From IMG/VR virus record IMGVR_UViG_3300025598_001701: DNA of 64,000 nt, one strand, 5' to 3'. The first letter of the stretch is position 1. Each line of letters opens with the position of its first letter. Below are positions 1 to 10,116 of the stretch, piece after piece. The DNA comes from an uncultured virus (IMG/VR IMGVR_UViG_3300025598_001701). Taxonomy: Duplodnaviria > Heunggongvirae > Uroviricota > Caudoviricetes. The notes below the pieces were generated by a model that did no database searches, was not told where the DNA came from, and worked only from the letters and a program-made list of their open reading frames with translations. Position numbers and translations under genes: made by a program.

Positions 1-1
1 T

Positions 2-172
2 GGAATCTTGACTTTTACTAAAAAATAATGCCCAAGCACCATTTTTTGCAGATGTAGATACTGTAGAAATTACACCCTTGTGGCCATAATGGGGAGGATT
101 ACTTCTCATAAATGCAAAACTTACATGAGGACCAGATGCTTCGGCAAAGTTAGTGCGTGTTGTTAGGGTCAT
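2..172 (-). CDS. Cytidyltransferase-like HxGH nucleotidyltransferase, N-terminal part (runs off window)
   Basis: Hand translation MTLTTRTNFAEASGPHVSFAFMRSNPPHYGHKG: RxNPPHxGH motif; not in ORF track. Confidence 0.75.
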   Translation of the reverse strand, partial: MTLTTRTNFAEASGPHVSFAFMRSNPPHYGHKGVISTVSTSAKNGAWALFFSKSQDS

Positions 173-215
173 TATATTATCCAGATAAAATATTTATCTG
201 TATACTGAACTGCGG

Positions 216-1346
216 TTAATTTGGTGTCCAGCGGTGTCTCGGAACTAATTTTATATTTGGTTGACCAAATTGAACATAGCCCTCGCCGCCAGGAACTCCA
301 CGGGTTGATTGCTGTATGTCTGAAGATTCTTTATCAATTTGATCAATGATTTGGTTTTTTACATCACGAAGGTTTTCTAATATCGCAAAAGTAGCAATGA
401 ATCCTTTTTTATTTTGTGCAATCCAATCTGTAATTTTCTGTTGCATCGGCGCAGATTGTTTGCTGCTACCTTGCAACCAAGATGCAAATGTATTTGCAAG
501 GTCTGAAACTTTTCCTTGCCTTACCATGGTATTATTGAAGTTATACAGCACACCCTTGAATCCTGCCATCTTCATAGCAGCAAGACGCTCATCATTTAAG
601 AAGTTATCAATTGCGCCTTTATTAACTGCAACATACTTTTGTAGGTCTTGTAGTTTCTTTGTATCAATCTTAACAGGTTGCTGTGCATATCGTGGACCTA
701 ACACAATCAAACCAGCAGTCTTATCAAACGCACTGAAATCACTTATAGGTTGTTGTTCATCATCGCCCATGCCAAACTGTGGAAAATACGCATGTCCAAC
801 TACTGCTGCAGTTGCTTTGGATATTCGCTGTCCAAGTTCAGTGGATTGTGGTACACTGTATGTTACATTGTTTGGAGTAAATGTATATGCATTGTCTTGT
901 ATTGGTGGACGATTCATAAACAGCAAGTCGCCGTAAACATAACCACGGAAATCTTTTGGTGTTGCTGCTTCAAATAGCGGCCAAAGACTTGCATACTGTG
1001 TAGCAAATTGTTGGCGTTGCTTAATCTCTTCTGGTGTTGATGCCTTACCAGTTTGCATGATGAAACGTGCAAGTTCAACCGCACTTTGTGATTTTCCATC
1101 AATAGTTTTCTTAAGCCAACCGTTGTGACCAACCATGATAAACTTGCCATCTGGCTCACGACCCCAATAAACTTGTGGCTTACCATCCCATTTCCAACGG
1201 ATTTGCTGTGGGTTGCGTGATATATCTGCAAGTTTGTTAATTGCGTTTTGTGCGCCAACACTACCATCTATAAGTACAAGGTCTTCAAGATGTTGGAACG
1301 CACGACCAACTTTTGGTGCTTCTGCTAGGATTTGGTTTATAAACAT
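216..1346 (-). CDS. DUF6267-like protein with ATP-dependent ligase-type motifs
   Basis: HLEDL, KWDG (KxDG), GEGYV and KLV motifs; lies next to the cytidyltransferase-like gene. Confidence 0.65.
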   Translation of the reverse strand: MFINQILAEAPKVGRAFQHLEDLVLIDGSVGAQNAINKLADISRNPQQIRWKWDGKPQVYWGREPDGKFIMVGHNGWLKKTIDGKSQSAVELARFIMQTGKASTPEEIKQRQQFATQYASLWPLFEAATPKDFRGYVYGDLLFMNRPPIQDNAYTFTPNNVTYSVPQSTELGQRISKATAAVVGHAYFPQFGMGDDEQQPISDFSAFDKTAGLIVLGPRYAQQPVKIDTKKLQDLQKYVAVNKGAIDNFLNDERLAAMKMAGFKGVLYNFNNTMVRQGKVSDLANTFASWLQGSSKQSAPMQQKITDWIAQNKKGFIATFAILENLRDVKNQIIDQIDKESSDIQQSTRGVPGGEGYVQFGQPNIKLVPRHRWTPN

Positions 1347-1353
1347 TATAAAA

Positions 1354-1361
1354 TATTTATA
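1354..1361 (-). promoter_or_regulatory. T4-type late promoter TATAAATA
   Basis: Exact TATAAATA 7 nt upstream of ATG 1346; TAAATA core recurs before many genes. Confidence 0.6.
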
Positions 1362-1833
1362 GGTTTTCTAAGAACCACATATAGGTAGGAACAGTGAACT
1401 TAAGTCTCCATTCACCATTGTAACCTAAATTAATGTAATTGTCTGGCAATGGATTTTTATCAAATTGCGGATTTACAAGGCTAAACTTTGTTTGTTTGTG
1501 ATAGGAACTCAATGAATAAAATAAGTGATCAAGTTCAATTTCATCTATTTCAATTTGCTTAATATTGATAATTTGGTCAGCAATGATGTTGCCATTTTCA
1601 TCAATTGGAGTATGCTTGGGCAACTTACCAAGAAGGCGAATTTTTAAAGTATATTCGCCTTCTTGTAAATCACGTGTAAAAGAAATTACTTTTTCTTCGC
1701 CGTTTTCTTCTTTTTCAGTTACAACACCGCTATCAATAACTTCATCATTTAACAATACTTCAAACTTTGGCGGTTCATTGTGCCAAACGCTGTTTAAAAT
1801 AATTTTAAATTCTGTTGATTCGGTGTCGCTCAT
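1357..1833 (-). CDS. Hypothetical protein
   Basis: 158-aa ORF tiled with neighbours. Confidence 0.7.
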   Translation of the reverse strand: MSDTESTEFKIILNSVWHNEPPKFEVLLNDEVIDSGVVTEKEENGEEKVISFTRDLQEGEYTLKIRLLGKLPKHTPIDENGNIIADQIINIKQIEIDEIELDHLFYSLSSYHKQTKFSLVNPQFDKNPLPDNYINLGYNGEWRLKFTVPTYMWFLENL

Positions 1834-1836
1834 TTA

Positions 1837-2727
1837 TTAACCTTTTTTTACGGCTTGCTTATCAATATTTTTATTTAATTTTAATTTAATAGGCTGTGGT
1901 GCCGCATTTTGTGGTGCAGCTTGTTGCTGTTGTGGTTGCTGTGGATCAAGATGATGTGGTCCACCATTACTAATTTGGTTAGTAAGAACTTTCTTAAGTT
2001 CTTCAACATTACCTTCATACTTGTGATAACCAGTGTGGTCAAGTTTGATACCTGTATCAGCAAATACTTTGCCGCCAGCCATGCGCCATAGATAACAGAA
2101 TGTCCAATCTTCACTAAGATAATTGTCATCCTTATCAATCATAGTATCAAAAAGTCCATACATAAGTGGCTCATACTGCGCACCGATACCAATATTATCA
2201 CGATACTTTAATTCTGGATGTAGGTTGATAAGCTGTTCAATAACATGACGCTTAACCATCATGAAACCAGTTCCAAGTGTGCTGACTTCAACAAGGTCAC
2301 CCATAGTAACTGGATTTGGAACAGTATTAATAACATAACGAATAGGAATACGCTTCATTGGATAAACACCACCAACTACATCTTGGTTAGCAAGTAGTAG
2401 ACGGATGATTGCCTCTGGATCAAATCCAAGATCAACGTCAATAAACATAAGATGTGTTGCTGCTTGATTATATAAGAACTTTGCAACAAGATTGTTACGA
2501 CCACGAGTGATAAGTGATTCATTAACCATAGTATCAATAGAATAGTTTAGTCCCATTTTACCAGCAATAATACCGAACTTAATCATTGCGATAAATGTTG
2601 CTTCATTACAATTACCACCATACATTGGTAAACAGAAATGAATATGTTGCTTTCTAAGGAAGTCTAGTGCCTCTGGTGGTAATCCAAATGTATCTTGGTT
2701 TGGTTGTTGATTTTGTTGTTCTGTCAT
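1837..2727 (-). CDS. Glycosyltransferase-like protein (GT-A fold)
   Basis: ESLITRGRN, FIDVD (DxD), YLSEDWTFC; start moved to MTEQQ. Confidence 0.65.
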   Translation of the reverse strand: MTEQQNQQPNQDTFGLPPEALDFLRKQHIHFCLPMYGGNCNEATFIAMIKFGIIAGKMGLNYSIDTMVNESLITRGRNNLVAKFLYNQAATHLMFIDVDLGFDPEAIIRLLLANQDVVGGVYPMKRIPIRYVINTVPNPVTMGDLVEVSTLGTGFMMVKRHVIEQLINLHPELKYRDNIGIGAQYEPLMYGLFDTMIDKDDNYLSEDWTFCYLWRMAGGKVFADTGIKLDHTGYHKYEGNVEELKKVLTNQISNGGPHHLDPQQPQQQQAAPQNAAPQPIKLKLNKNIDKQAVKKG

Positions 2728-2788
2728 TGATCTTTCCATAAAGTGTAGATATAATTAGTTATCTACTGCAAACAGTATGACAGAATTT

Positions 2789-3160
2789 TTATGTATTGTA
2801 AAGAACTTGATTAATATTACCAGCAGTAAAGTTTGTAATATGTGCACGACACCATACAAAATTACCAGTATAGTTAAAGAAATAATTACCTGTAATTGCT
2901 GTAGTTCCATCACCAACTGTGGTTGATGTAATATCAAACCAATCGCTATCGGTTGGATTTTGTAGTAGAGTTGCTTGGAATTTAATAATACCAACAAAGT
3001 TGGTTAGTTTATAACTAACAGTATGCAAACCATCAGTATAACCATAGTAACCATTACCTTTTAATTGGTTACTGCTCCAAGTTGTGCTAACACCATCATA
3101 TGGTGGGTAAACTTGACCAAAACTTATTGCACTTAACACTACTTGTGGTATACTTGCCAT
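2789..3160 (-). CDS. Hypothetical protein, possibly virion beta-sandwich
   Basis: 123-aa T/G/N/Y-rich ORF. Confidence 0.55.
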   Translation of the reverse strand: MASIPQVVLSAISFGQVYPPYDGVSTTWSSNQLKGNGYYGYTDGLHTVSYKLTNFVGIIKFQATLLQNPTDSDWFDITSTTVGDGTTAITGNYFFNYTGNFVWCRAHITNFTAGNINQVLYNT

Positions 3161-3162
3161 TA

Positions 3163-3333
3163 TTATTCCGCTTTTTCAACTTCAACAATTACTTTTTCGC
3201 CCACTAGTTCCTGAACAACTGCTTCAATATTTTCAACAACATCATTACTGATTATTGTTTTTGGACTTGATTCTTTGTCAGCAACAAGTTTGCTTACTTT
3301 GATAACCATTACTTCTTCATAGATTTTAGCCAT
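3163..3333 (-). CDS. Hypothetical 56-aa protein
   Basis: Hand-read MAKIYEEVMVIKVSKLV...EVEKAE with GGAG RBS; fills the gap between neighbours. Confidence 0.65.
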   Translation of the reverse strand: MAKIYEEVMVIKVSKLVADKESSPKTIISNDVVENIEAVVQELVGEKVIVEVEKAE

Positions 3334-3676
3334 TTAATTGCTCCGTAGTATTTATTCGTGGCTTGCGTCCACGCTTTTTGCCCGCACCTTTCTTGAGTCC
3401 ATCTGCTTTTATATCAAATGCTAAACCAAGACGCACAGGTTCCATACCATCAATTTCAATAATTTTGTCATTGGGAACGCTATATTTGCGACCATTTCTA
3501 TGACTTGCAATGAACTTATAAATGCCATCTTCGTGATGCACACGGTCAACATTCAAGAACATGAGTTCTTCTGTGGGCATACCACCAAATGCTTGAACAG
3601 GACATTTAGCAAGTATTCTAGTTTTACGATTTATAATACCACGATCAATAAGTGCTTTTGCAAGATTGCCATTCAT
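3326..3676 (-). CDS. Hypothetical protein with basic KKRGRKPR tail
   Basis: ORF tiling; IDGMEP motif. Confidence 0.65.
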   Translation of the reverse strand: MNGNLAKALIDRGIINRKTRILAKCPVQAFGGMPTEELMFLNVDRVHHEDGIYKFIASHRNGRKYSVPNDKIIEIDGMEPVRLGLAFDIKADGLKKGAGKKRGRKPRINTTEQLNG

Positions 3677-4401
3677 TTTTTATTTTCCTTTTTAACATGT
3701 TTATAAATCTTGTGGATGCCATTCTGGAACATCATATACATCAGCGGAATATTATCACTGCTTTTACAAAATACACGAACTGCACCATAATAATAACCAT
3801 ATGTATCTTTACCAGTAACGGCACGTTTGCACCAACGTGCAAGTGCAGGAGATATGCTCAAGTCGTCACTATTACTGTCAACAAAATTATACAGTGCAAC
3901 CAACTTATCACGCTGTGTTTGTTTAGTAGAAGTAAGATCAGCTTGCCAACCCCAATAGGTATTAAAATCAACCTGATATTGGATTTCTGGATCATACTTT
4001 TTTTCACTGATAAGTTTTACATCGACAGCAATATTATCAAGATTATTCAACTCGTCAATATACTGCGTGTTACTTGTGGTTAAACCATAAACATGAACAC
4101 GCAGTTCTGGATCATCAAGAAACGCATCAAGCACTGCTGTTTCATTGGTAAAAATACGCAGATAACCTTCTTGACGCATACGTGCAGTTGGGTCAATATC
4201 CAAAACTTTGCTTTTAATAGAATGTGAATAAGTCCACATCCAACGACGAACTTCTTCCCAATTACCATTACAGCCCACTTCCAAACGGAATCTATACTTT
4301 TGCTTATACCAAGTTTTAGCCTCAGTACTTACACGCCAAGCTGGAATTATGCTTTTGAACTTGTCCTGATATTCAATCAGCGTTTGTTCTGTTACTGTCA
4401 T
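3673..4401 (-). CDS. Hypothetical protein
   Basis: 242-aa ORF overlapping both neighbours. Confidence 0.65.
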   Translation of the reverse strand: MTVTEQTLIEYQDKFKSIIPAWRVSTEAKTWYKQKYRFRLEVGCNGNWEEVRRWMWTYSHSIKSKVLDIDPTARMRQEGYLRIFTNETAVLDAFLDDPELRVHVYGLTTSNTQYIDELNNLDNIAVDVKLISEKKYDPEIQYQVDFNTYWGWQADLTSTKQTQRDKLVALYNFVDSNSDDLSISPALARWCKRAVTGKDTYGYYYGAVRVFCKSSDNIPLMYMMFQNGIHKIYKHVKKENKK

Positions 4402-6604
4402 TTTCTGCCACCAATTCTAACTTGTCACCAAGCAAGTCTACTTTAATAATAACACCGTTTTGTGATTTGTCAAACAGTATTTTCTTTGCAAGCGGAGTCT
4501 TAATATGTTCATGAATTGTGCGGCTCATTGGTCTTGCACCAAGAAGTGGACTATAACCCTTCTTGACAAGCCAATCATAAGCAGCGTCAGTAACATCAAG
4601 CGTGATGTTTTTACCTGACATTTGTGCTTGTAGTTCAGCAATGAACTTTTCAGCAATCTTACGGATAGTTTTGCTATCCAGTTTGTTGAATGTAACAATC
4701 GCATCTACACGATTGCGGAACTCTGGACGGAAATGCTCTTTAACAGCAGCATCAACCGCATCACTACGATCTTGATTACCAAAACCAATAACAAGACGTT
4801 CACTGTCAGCGGCACCAAGATTACTGGTCATAATCAGTAGTGATTGGCGACAGTCAGCACGTTTACCATTGGTGCCAGTGATGAAACCTTCATCCATAAC
4901 TTGCAACAACACTTGTGCAACATCTGGATGTGCTTTTTCAATCTCGTCAAACAGAATGATACAATGTGGGTTTTTAGCAACTTCACTAATAAGCAATCCG
5001 CCAGCAAGGTTAGCATCTTCATATCCAACATAGCCAGGAGGCGCACCAATCAATCGTGAAATACTATGCCGTTCTTGATATTCACTCATATCAAAGCGCA
5101 ACAACTTCATACTAAGTTTTTCACTTAATTGCTTTGCAAGTTCTGTTTTACCTGTGCCAGTTGGACCAAGAAATAGGAATGAACCAACAGGCTTGTTATC
5201 AGCCTTTAAGCCAGCTTGACTTACCCATACACGGTCAAGAACAGCATCAACAGCCGCATCTTGATTATAAACTTTAGCCTTGATATCTTTGTCAAGATTA
5301 GGCATAAGTTTTTGTGTATTCTCTGCACCAAGTTGCGACTCTGGAATACCAGTAATGCGGCTTAATTCACGGCGGATTTGATTTACGTCAATAGTGCGTG
5401 AACCACGTGATTGTGTGCGGCGAAGTGCAGCAGCACTGTCAATTAGATCAATTGCTTTATCTGGCAGCTTCTTATCTGCTTGATAACGATGACTCAACAT
5501 AACTGCTTCAATAACAGCAGCATCTGTAATTTTAACATTATGAAATGCTTCATAATTTGTTTTGATACCAAGCATAATTGTTTTACAATCTTCAATACTT
5601 GGTTCGCCAACATTTACTTTGTTAAAGCGGCGCATAAGCGCACGGTCTTTTTCAAAATGCTTGGTGTACTCTTCCCACGTAGTAGAAGCAATAACTTTAA
5701 AATCGCCACGTGCCAATGCTGGTTTAATCATGTTGCCAAAATCAACATTGCTTTGGCTACCAGCGCCAGCACCATTCATTTGATGTGCTTCGTCAATGAA
5801 CAAGATAACATTGCCACGTTCTACTGCAGCATTCATAATTTCTTGTAATCGTTCTTCAAAATCACCACGATATTTGGTGCCAGCTAACAGCGAACCAATG
5901 TTTAGGCTATAAACATCATGCCCACGCAAGAACTTTGGAACTTCATTATGGACAATTTTATATGCAAGACCTTCGGCAATTGCAGTTTTACCTACGCCAG
6001 GATCACCAACAAGAATAACATTGCATTTATTCTTACGAGCAAGAATTTGTGTCATGTCCGCAATTTCACTTACACGACCAATGACAGGATCAATCTTGCC
6101 ATCAACAACTAATTCATTAAGGTTGGTACAATATTCATCAAGCGCACTGCTACTGTTAAATCCGCTTTGCTTTTTGCGCTCGTTAGCAAAAACTTCCATA
6201 ACCTTTTCAGGTTCAACACCATATTTTTTTAAGTAGTAAGCAGCATGGCTTTGAGTTTCTTTACTGATACTAAGATAAAGATCAGTAATGTTAATAGTTT
6301 GGCGACCTAACAATATAACTTGTGTAAAAGCACGGTTAAAGACACGTTCAAGTGTTTGTGTCTTTTTAGGTTCAACTGAATCTTTGCCTTGTGGAATATT
6401 ATCAAAGATATAATTTTCCAAATCTTGCACTAGGCTTTCAACATCAATGCCTATTTGTGTAAGAATACGACTAAATCCACGTTCATGGAGCATACTAACA
6501 AGTAGATGTTCCACTGTATAATATTGGTGATTGTTATCAATAGCAAACTGTTTTGCTATCTTAACTACTTTTTCAAGGTCGCCGTTGCTGTTAAAATTTG
6601 TCAT
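4373..6604 (-). CDS. clpA: ClpA-like AAA+ unfoldase
   Basis: Clp N-domain, Walker A GDPGVGKT and GPTGTGKT, FIDE/FDE Walker B, DMSEY..H, GAPPGYVG; no ClpB middle coiled coil. Confidence 0.9.
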   Translation of the reverse strand: MTNFNSNGDLEKVVKIAKQFAIDNNHQYYTVEHLLVSMLHERGFSRILTQIGIDVESLVQDLENYIFDNIPQGKDSVEPKKTQTLERVFNRAFTQVILLGRQTINITDLYLSISKETQSHAAYYLKKYGVEPEKVMEVFANERKKQSGFNSSSALDEYCTNLNELVVDGKIDPVIGRVSEIADMTQILARKNKCNVILVGDPGVGKTAIAEGLAYKIVHNEVPKFLRGHDVYSLNIGSLLAGTKYRGDFEERLQEIMNAAVERGNVILFIDEAHQMNGAGAGSQSNVDFGNMIKPALARGDFKVIASTTWEEYTKHFEKDRALMRRFNKVNVGEPSIEDCKTIMLGIKTNYEAFHNVKITDAAVIEAVMLSHRYQADKKLPDKAIDLIDSAAALRRTQSRGSRTIDVNQIRRELSRITGIPESQLGAENTQKLMPNLDKDIKAKVYNQDAAVDAVLDRVWVSQAGLKADNKPVGSFLFLGPTGTGKTELAKQLSEKLSMKLLRFDMSEYQERHSISRLIGAPPGYVGYEDANLAGGLLISEVAKNPHCIILFDEIEKAHPDVAQVLLQVMDEGFITGTNGKRADCRQSLLIMTSNLGAADSERLVIGFGNQDRSDAVDAAVKEHFRPEFRNRVDAIVTFNKLDSKTIRKIAEKFIAELQAQMSGKNITLDVTDAAYDWLVKKGYSPLLGARPMSRTIHEHIKTPLAKKILFDKSQNGVIIKVDLLGDKLELVAENDSNRTNAD

Positions 6605-6610
6605 AATACT

Positions 6611-6638
6611 AATATAACACAGTTTTCAGACTTGTCAA
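6611..6638 (-). promoter_or_regulatory. Sigma70-type early promoter TTGACA-N16-TATATT
   Basis: Same spacing repeated at 31445-31472, 41279-41306, 61490-61517 and 63676-63703. Confidence 0.65.
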
Positions 6639-7507
6639 GTATTTATTGGTCGTAATTCTTGTATTTTTCTTACTAAATTTAGCTGTTCTGCTGTTAATAT
6701 TGATGGAATTTTAACATTTATTCTTGCAATATACTTTCCACGAGTGCCATTTTGCCTTGGAAATCCTTCATCCGTAATACCAAATTGACTCTGGTGCTGT
6801 GTTCCTGCTGGTATGTTTATTTCAATGGTTTTACCACTGGGCAAATTTACAGGAATTTTACATCCTGTCATCGCTTGAAAAGCATCAATTGTAATATCTT
6901 CCATAATATTTTCATTATTTCTTACAAAACGTTCATGACGATGAACACGAATTTGAACATCTAAATTACCACGAGGAATTCCAGGATTTGCATCATCACC
7001 ACGTCCTACAACTTGAAAAACAAAACCATCTTCTACGCCAGCGGGAATTTCTAAATTTAACCGTTCGGTATTGTTTGTGGTTTTAAATTCTATAACTTTA
7101 TTTTGTGGATTTAATGTTTCTAAAAATGGAATATCTATTTGGATACGCAAGTTGCGGTTCCGTGGTTGTTGCCTTGTTTGAAAACCAAATTGGCTAAAAA
7201 ATTGGTCATGAAAAGCAGACATTGGGTCTGGTCCACCACCAAAGTTAAAATGAAATTCAAATGGGCTTGGACCACGTTGGGTATAAGGATTATGTTGAAA
7301 TTGTGGTTGCGGATTACGCAAAGTATGGTCGTAATGTGCACGACTATTTGGATCGCTTAGTGTATTATATGCTTCATTAATAGCTTGAAATTTAGCCACA
7401 TCACCACCTACATCGGGATGATGCTGTTTAGCTAATTTTCTAAAAGCCGATTTAAGTTCTTCTGGGGTAGCTGTTTGTGATACCCCAAGAGTTTCATAAT
7501 GATTCAT
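6635..7507 (-). CDS. DnaJ/CbpA-like co-chaperone without zinc finger
   Basis: J-domain with HPD, G/F-rich linker, DnaJ C-terminal IPAG repeats. Confidence 0.9.
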   Translation of the reverse strand: MNHYETLGVSQTATPEELKSAFRKLAKQHHPDVGGDVAKFQAINEAYNTLSDPNSRAHYDHTLRNPQPQFQHNPYTQRGPSPFEFHFNFGGGPDPMSAFHDQFFSQFGFQTRQQPRNRNLRIQIDIPFLETLNPQNKVIEFKTTNNTERLNLEIPAGVEDGFVFQVVGRGDDANPGIPRGNLDVQIRVHRHERFVRNNENIMEDITIDAFQAMTGCKIPVNLPSGKTIEINIPAGTQHQSQFGITDEGFPRQNGTRGKYIARINVKIPSILTAEQLNLVRKIQELRPINT

Positions 7508-7545
7508 AATGTAATTATGCTACACATACTAAATTTTGTCAAGCA

Positions 7546-8178
7546 TTAAGTTGTGGCAATTGAACCGCCCGATGGTTTACCACCGCCATTTGCTGCATTA
7601 GCGGCATTATTAGCTGCATTCTTTTCTTGTGTTCTGCCCCAAGCAGTAACACCTAAAATTGCACCAAATGCAAGGTGAATTAATCCACCATTTGCAAGTG
7701 TTAAACTTTGCCATTGTGTATAGGTAACTGTATTTGCGCCAAGACTTTTTAGGAATATTGGCATAAGCATACTTAAAACTGGTGCAACGACGAAATCAAA
7801 GAAGCAGATCAACATATAAAGCCATCCCATGGCTGGTCGCCAATATGCTTTCATCCAGTGTTCACTGGCTTTTTCATCTTTTTTGCTTTCATCTTTTGCT
7901 ATTTGCGCACGTTCGTAAGCAATTTCATCTTCTTTTTGGTCTTCGTGACGATCTTCAATCGCCATCTTATGAAATTCTTTTTTCTCTTCTAATTCAAAAC
8001 GTCTTTCTTCAAGACGAAGTTTACGAAGTTCCAAATTATTTTGGTCAGCTTCAGATAGAGTAGCTACTGGTGCAACAGGTGCAGATGTTTTTAATTGCGC
8101 ATCTTCTGGACGCTCATCATCTGCCATACGGCGTGGACCAATTGGTTCGTCGTCTTCTTCAATTACTACCGCTGCCAC
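7546..8178 (-). CDS. Putative holin-like membrane protein
   Basis: WRPAMGW...GAILGVTAWGRTQEK transmembrane domain; GTG start 6 nt after GGAG; next to spanins. Confidence 0.55.
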   Translation of the reverse strand: MAAVVIEEDDEPIGPRRMADDERPEDAQLKTSAPVAPVATLSEADQNNLELRKLRLEERRFELEEKKEFHKMAIEDRHEDQKEDEIAYERAQIAKDESKKDEKASEHWMKAYWRPAMGWLYMLICFFDFVVAPVLSMLMPIFLKSLGANTVTYTQWQSLTLANGGLIHLAFGAILGVTAWGRTQEKNAANNAANAANGGGKPSGGSIATT

Positions 8179-8569
8179 TTGAGGCTCCAGTTTTGGTTGT
8201 TGCTGGCTGAGCAGCTTGGGCATCGTAATAAGATTTGTATGCGCTAATTTGAGCTTGATATTGTCTAATGACTTTAACAAGATTGGCTTGGTTGACTGCC
8301 AAGTCTTCATAATCTCTTGGGTTAATTGCAAAAAGGCTTTCGCTATGTGCTTCTCTAAATGCTGTGTCAATGTGGTCTTCCGCACCAGATTTGGCGTTTT
8401 TATTTATAACATGCCATTCTACGTCATTTAACTTAACATTATCAACGCTTGGCAATACTAATGTTGGTTTCTCAACAATTGCAACTGCTGTTGTTGGCTG
8501 CGCAGTTTGGCAACCCATTAAAATTGCAGTCACAAGTGCCGCAGAACTAAATTTAGCAACCTGGTACAT
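8159..8569 (-). CDS. Putative o-spanin lipoprotein
   Basis: Lipobox ILMGC; start overlaps end of i-spanin gene. Confidence 0.7.
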   Translation of the reverse strand: MYQVAKFSSAALVTAILMGCQTAQPTTAVAIVEKPTLVLPSVDNVKLNDVEWHVINKNAKSGAEDHIDTAFREAHSESLFAINPRDYEDLAVNQANLVKVIRQYQAQISAYKSYYDAQAAQPATTKTGASSGSGSN

Positions 8570-8954
8570 TTGCGGTTCCTTTATTGACAGTATCTTCGAT
8601 ACAACGGAATGATTTAGCAGTTGCATCATTCATGCGCTTTTGCAACTCTTTTGGTTTACTTTGTGCAAATGCACCCAAATCACGCCCATTTTTAGTAAAT
8701 TTTTCTTGAATATCGTTTACTTCTTGACGAGCGGCTTGATAATCACTAAATGCTTTTGTTGCAATAGCTTGTTGTGCTTGCAAATCTTCTTGTGTTTTCT
8801 TTAAAGTTTCTGTAGTTGTTTTAAGTGCAAAATCTTTTGTTGCTACTTCTTGATTTAATCTTGCTAATTCATCTTGGGTATATTTAAAATACCCTACTAT
8901 CGCTAGACCTAATGCTAGAACGATACCAATTTTCCAAAGGCTAAAACCGAACAT
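8553..8954 (-). CDS. Putative i-spanin (Rz-like)
   Basis: N-terminal TM helix, coiled coil, C-terminal cysteines. Confidence 0.7.
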   Translation of the reverse strand: MFGFSLWKIGIVLALGLAIVGYFKYTQDELARLNQEVATKDFALKTTTETLKKTQEDLQAQQAIATKAFSDYQAARQEVNDIQEKFTKNGRDLGAFAQSKPKELQKRMNDATAKSFRCIEDTVNKGTANVPGC

Positions 8955-9475
8955 TAATTGATTCCACTAAGTTTCTTGATTTCTTCTATATCATTATTTA
9001 ACTTTTTAGTGTCACTTTTTACTTTGTTAAACTCTTCAATACTTTTTTCATAACCTTCAGCAGTGAGTGGCACAAATTTTTCAAAGTTCTCTTCATTCAT
9101 TGCAATGTAATCATTGCTTTTATACCAACGAAATTTCCAAGAACTACGGTCAATACCAGTTAAATGATTAAGATCATCTAACATTTCACTTACATATTTA
9201 AAAATACCAGGTCTACGTTGAACTTCAACAAAAACTAAACGTTCATTATCACGAATTTCACCAGTGCTTACATCAGCATCAAGCACAAAGTCATAGCCAT
9301 TTTCTAAAAAACTTACTAAATCAGTAGCTGGCATTAAATCTTTAACTTTGAAACTTAGTGTAACAACATCACTTGCTTGTCCCATCTTGCTATTAAATTC
9401 ATCAATATGAATTGTATCATCAACAAGATATTTTAGATCATTCATTTGCAAGCCTTCATCAAGCTGTTTGCTCAT
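8954..9475 (-). CDS. Hypothetical protein
   Basis: 173 aa; LDEG near N-terminus, IKKLSGI C-terminus. Confidence 0.65.
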   Translation of the reverse strand: MSKQLDEGLQMNDLKYLVDDTIHIDEFNSKMGQASDVVTLSFKVKDLMPATDLVSFLENGYDFVLDADVSTGEIRDNERLVFVEVQRRPGIFKYVSEMLDDLNHLTGIDRSSWKFRWYKSNDYIAMNEENFEKFVPLTAEGYEKSIEEFNKVKSDTKKLNNDIEEIKKLSGIN

Positions 9476-10001
9476 TTTCTTGACCCTCTGTTTCTGGTTC
9501 TATGCCTTTGTTTGTAGTAGATTGGTCTATTAAACCTTTTTCAATACTTGCTTGTAAATCTGCCAAATCAACTTCTTCACCAGCAATATCGACACTTCCT
9601 TGTTTAATGTCACCCATTAATTTCTTTGGTAAAAGCATTTCTACATACCAAATAGGAAAGTCAACTAATTTACCTTTGTGACTGCCTGGTCTAATGTCTG
9701 CTGGACTACGAATCTCAACTGGCATTTGAACTTTATCTTTTTTGTAATTTATTTTAGCACCATAAGGCAATAAACGTTTTGCAGCAGCAGGATCAGGCAT
9801 ACGGTCACGGGGCCACATAAATGTGCATTTAACCCAATAACGGCTTACAATTGGCCCTTCTACTAATTCACCTAAACGCCAGTTTGGAAAAGTATAAAAA
9901 TCCATACTATCCAATACACGTTCAAAATCACAGAGCATGCTGATTGCAGCATCACTCATATAAATCTGTTTTACACTTTTTAAATTCTGTTTAATATCCA
10001 T
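9459..10001 (-). CDS. Hypothetical protein
   Basis: Start moved to MDIKQ, downstream of CATAAATA. Confidence 0.65.
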   Translation of the reverse strand: MDIKQNLKSVKQIYMSDAAISMLCDFERVLDSMDFYTFPNWRLGELVEGPIVSRYWVKCTFMWPRDRMPDPAAAKRLLPYGAKINYKKDKVQMPVEIRSPADIRPGSHKGKLVDFPIWYVEMLLPKKLMGDIKQGSVDIAGEEVDLADLQASIEKGLIDQSTTNKGIEPETEGQENEQTA

Positions 10002-10116
10002 AGTGACAACCTTAAAATATTTATGCACAAATTCAATGTGCAAACTTTACATAAAACTGTTAAAAACAAAAATTAAATAATTTTGTGCTACAACCAGCAC
10101 AGGAAGATAATAATTC

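Noticed and set aside
8179..8385. N-terminal extension of the 279-aa ORF
   Set aside because: Lies inside the o-spanin gene; a GTG with GGAG at 8178 is the better start
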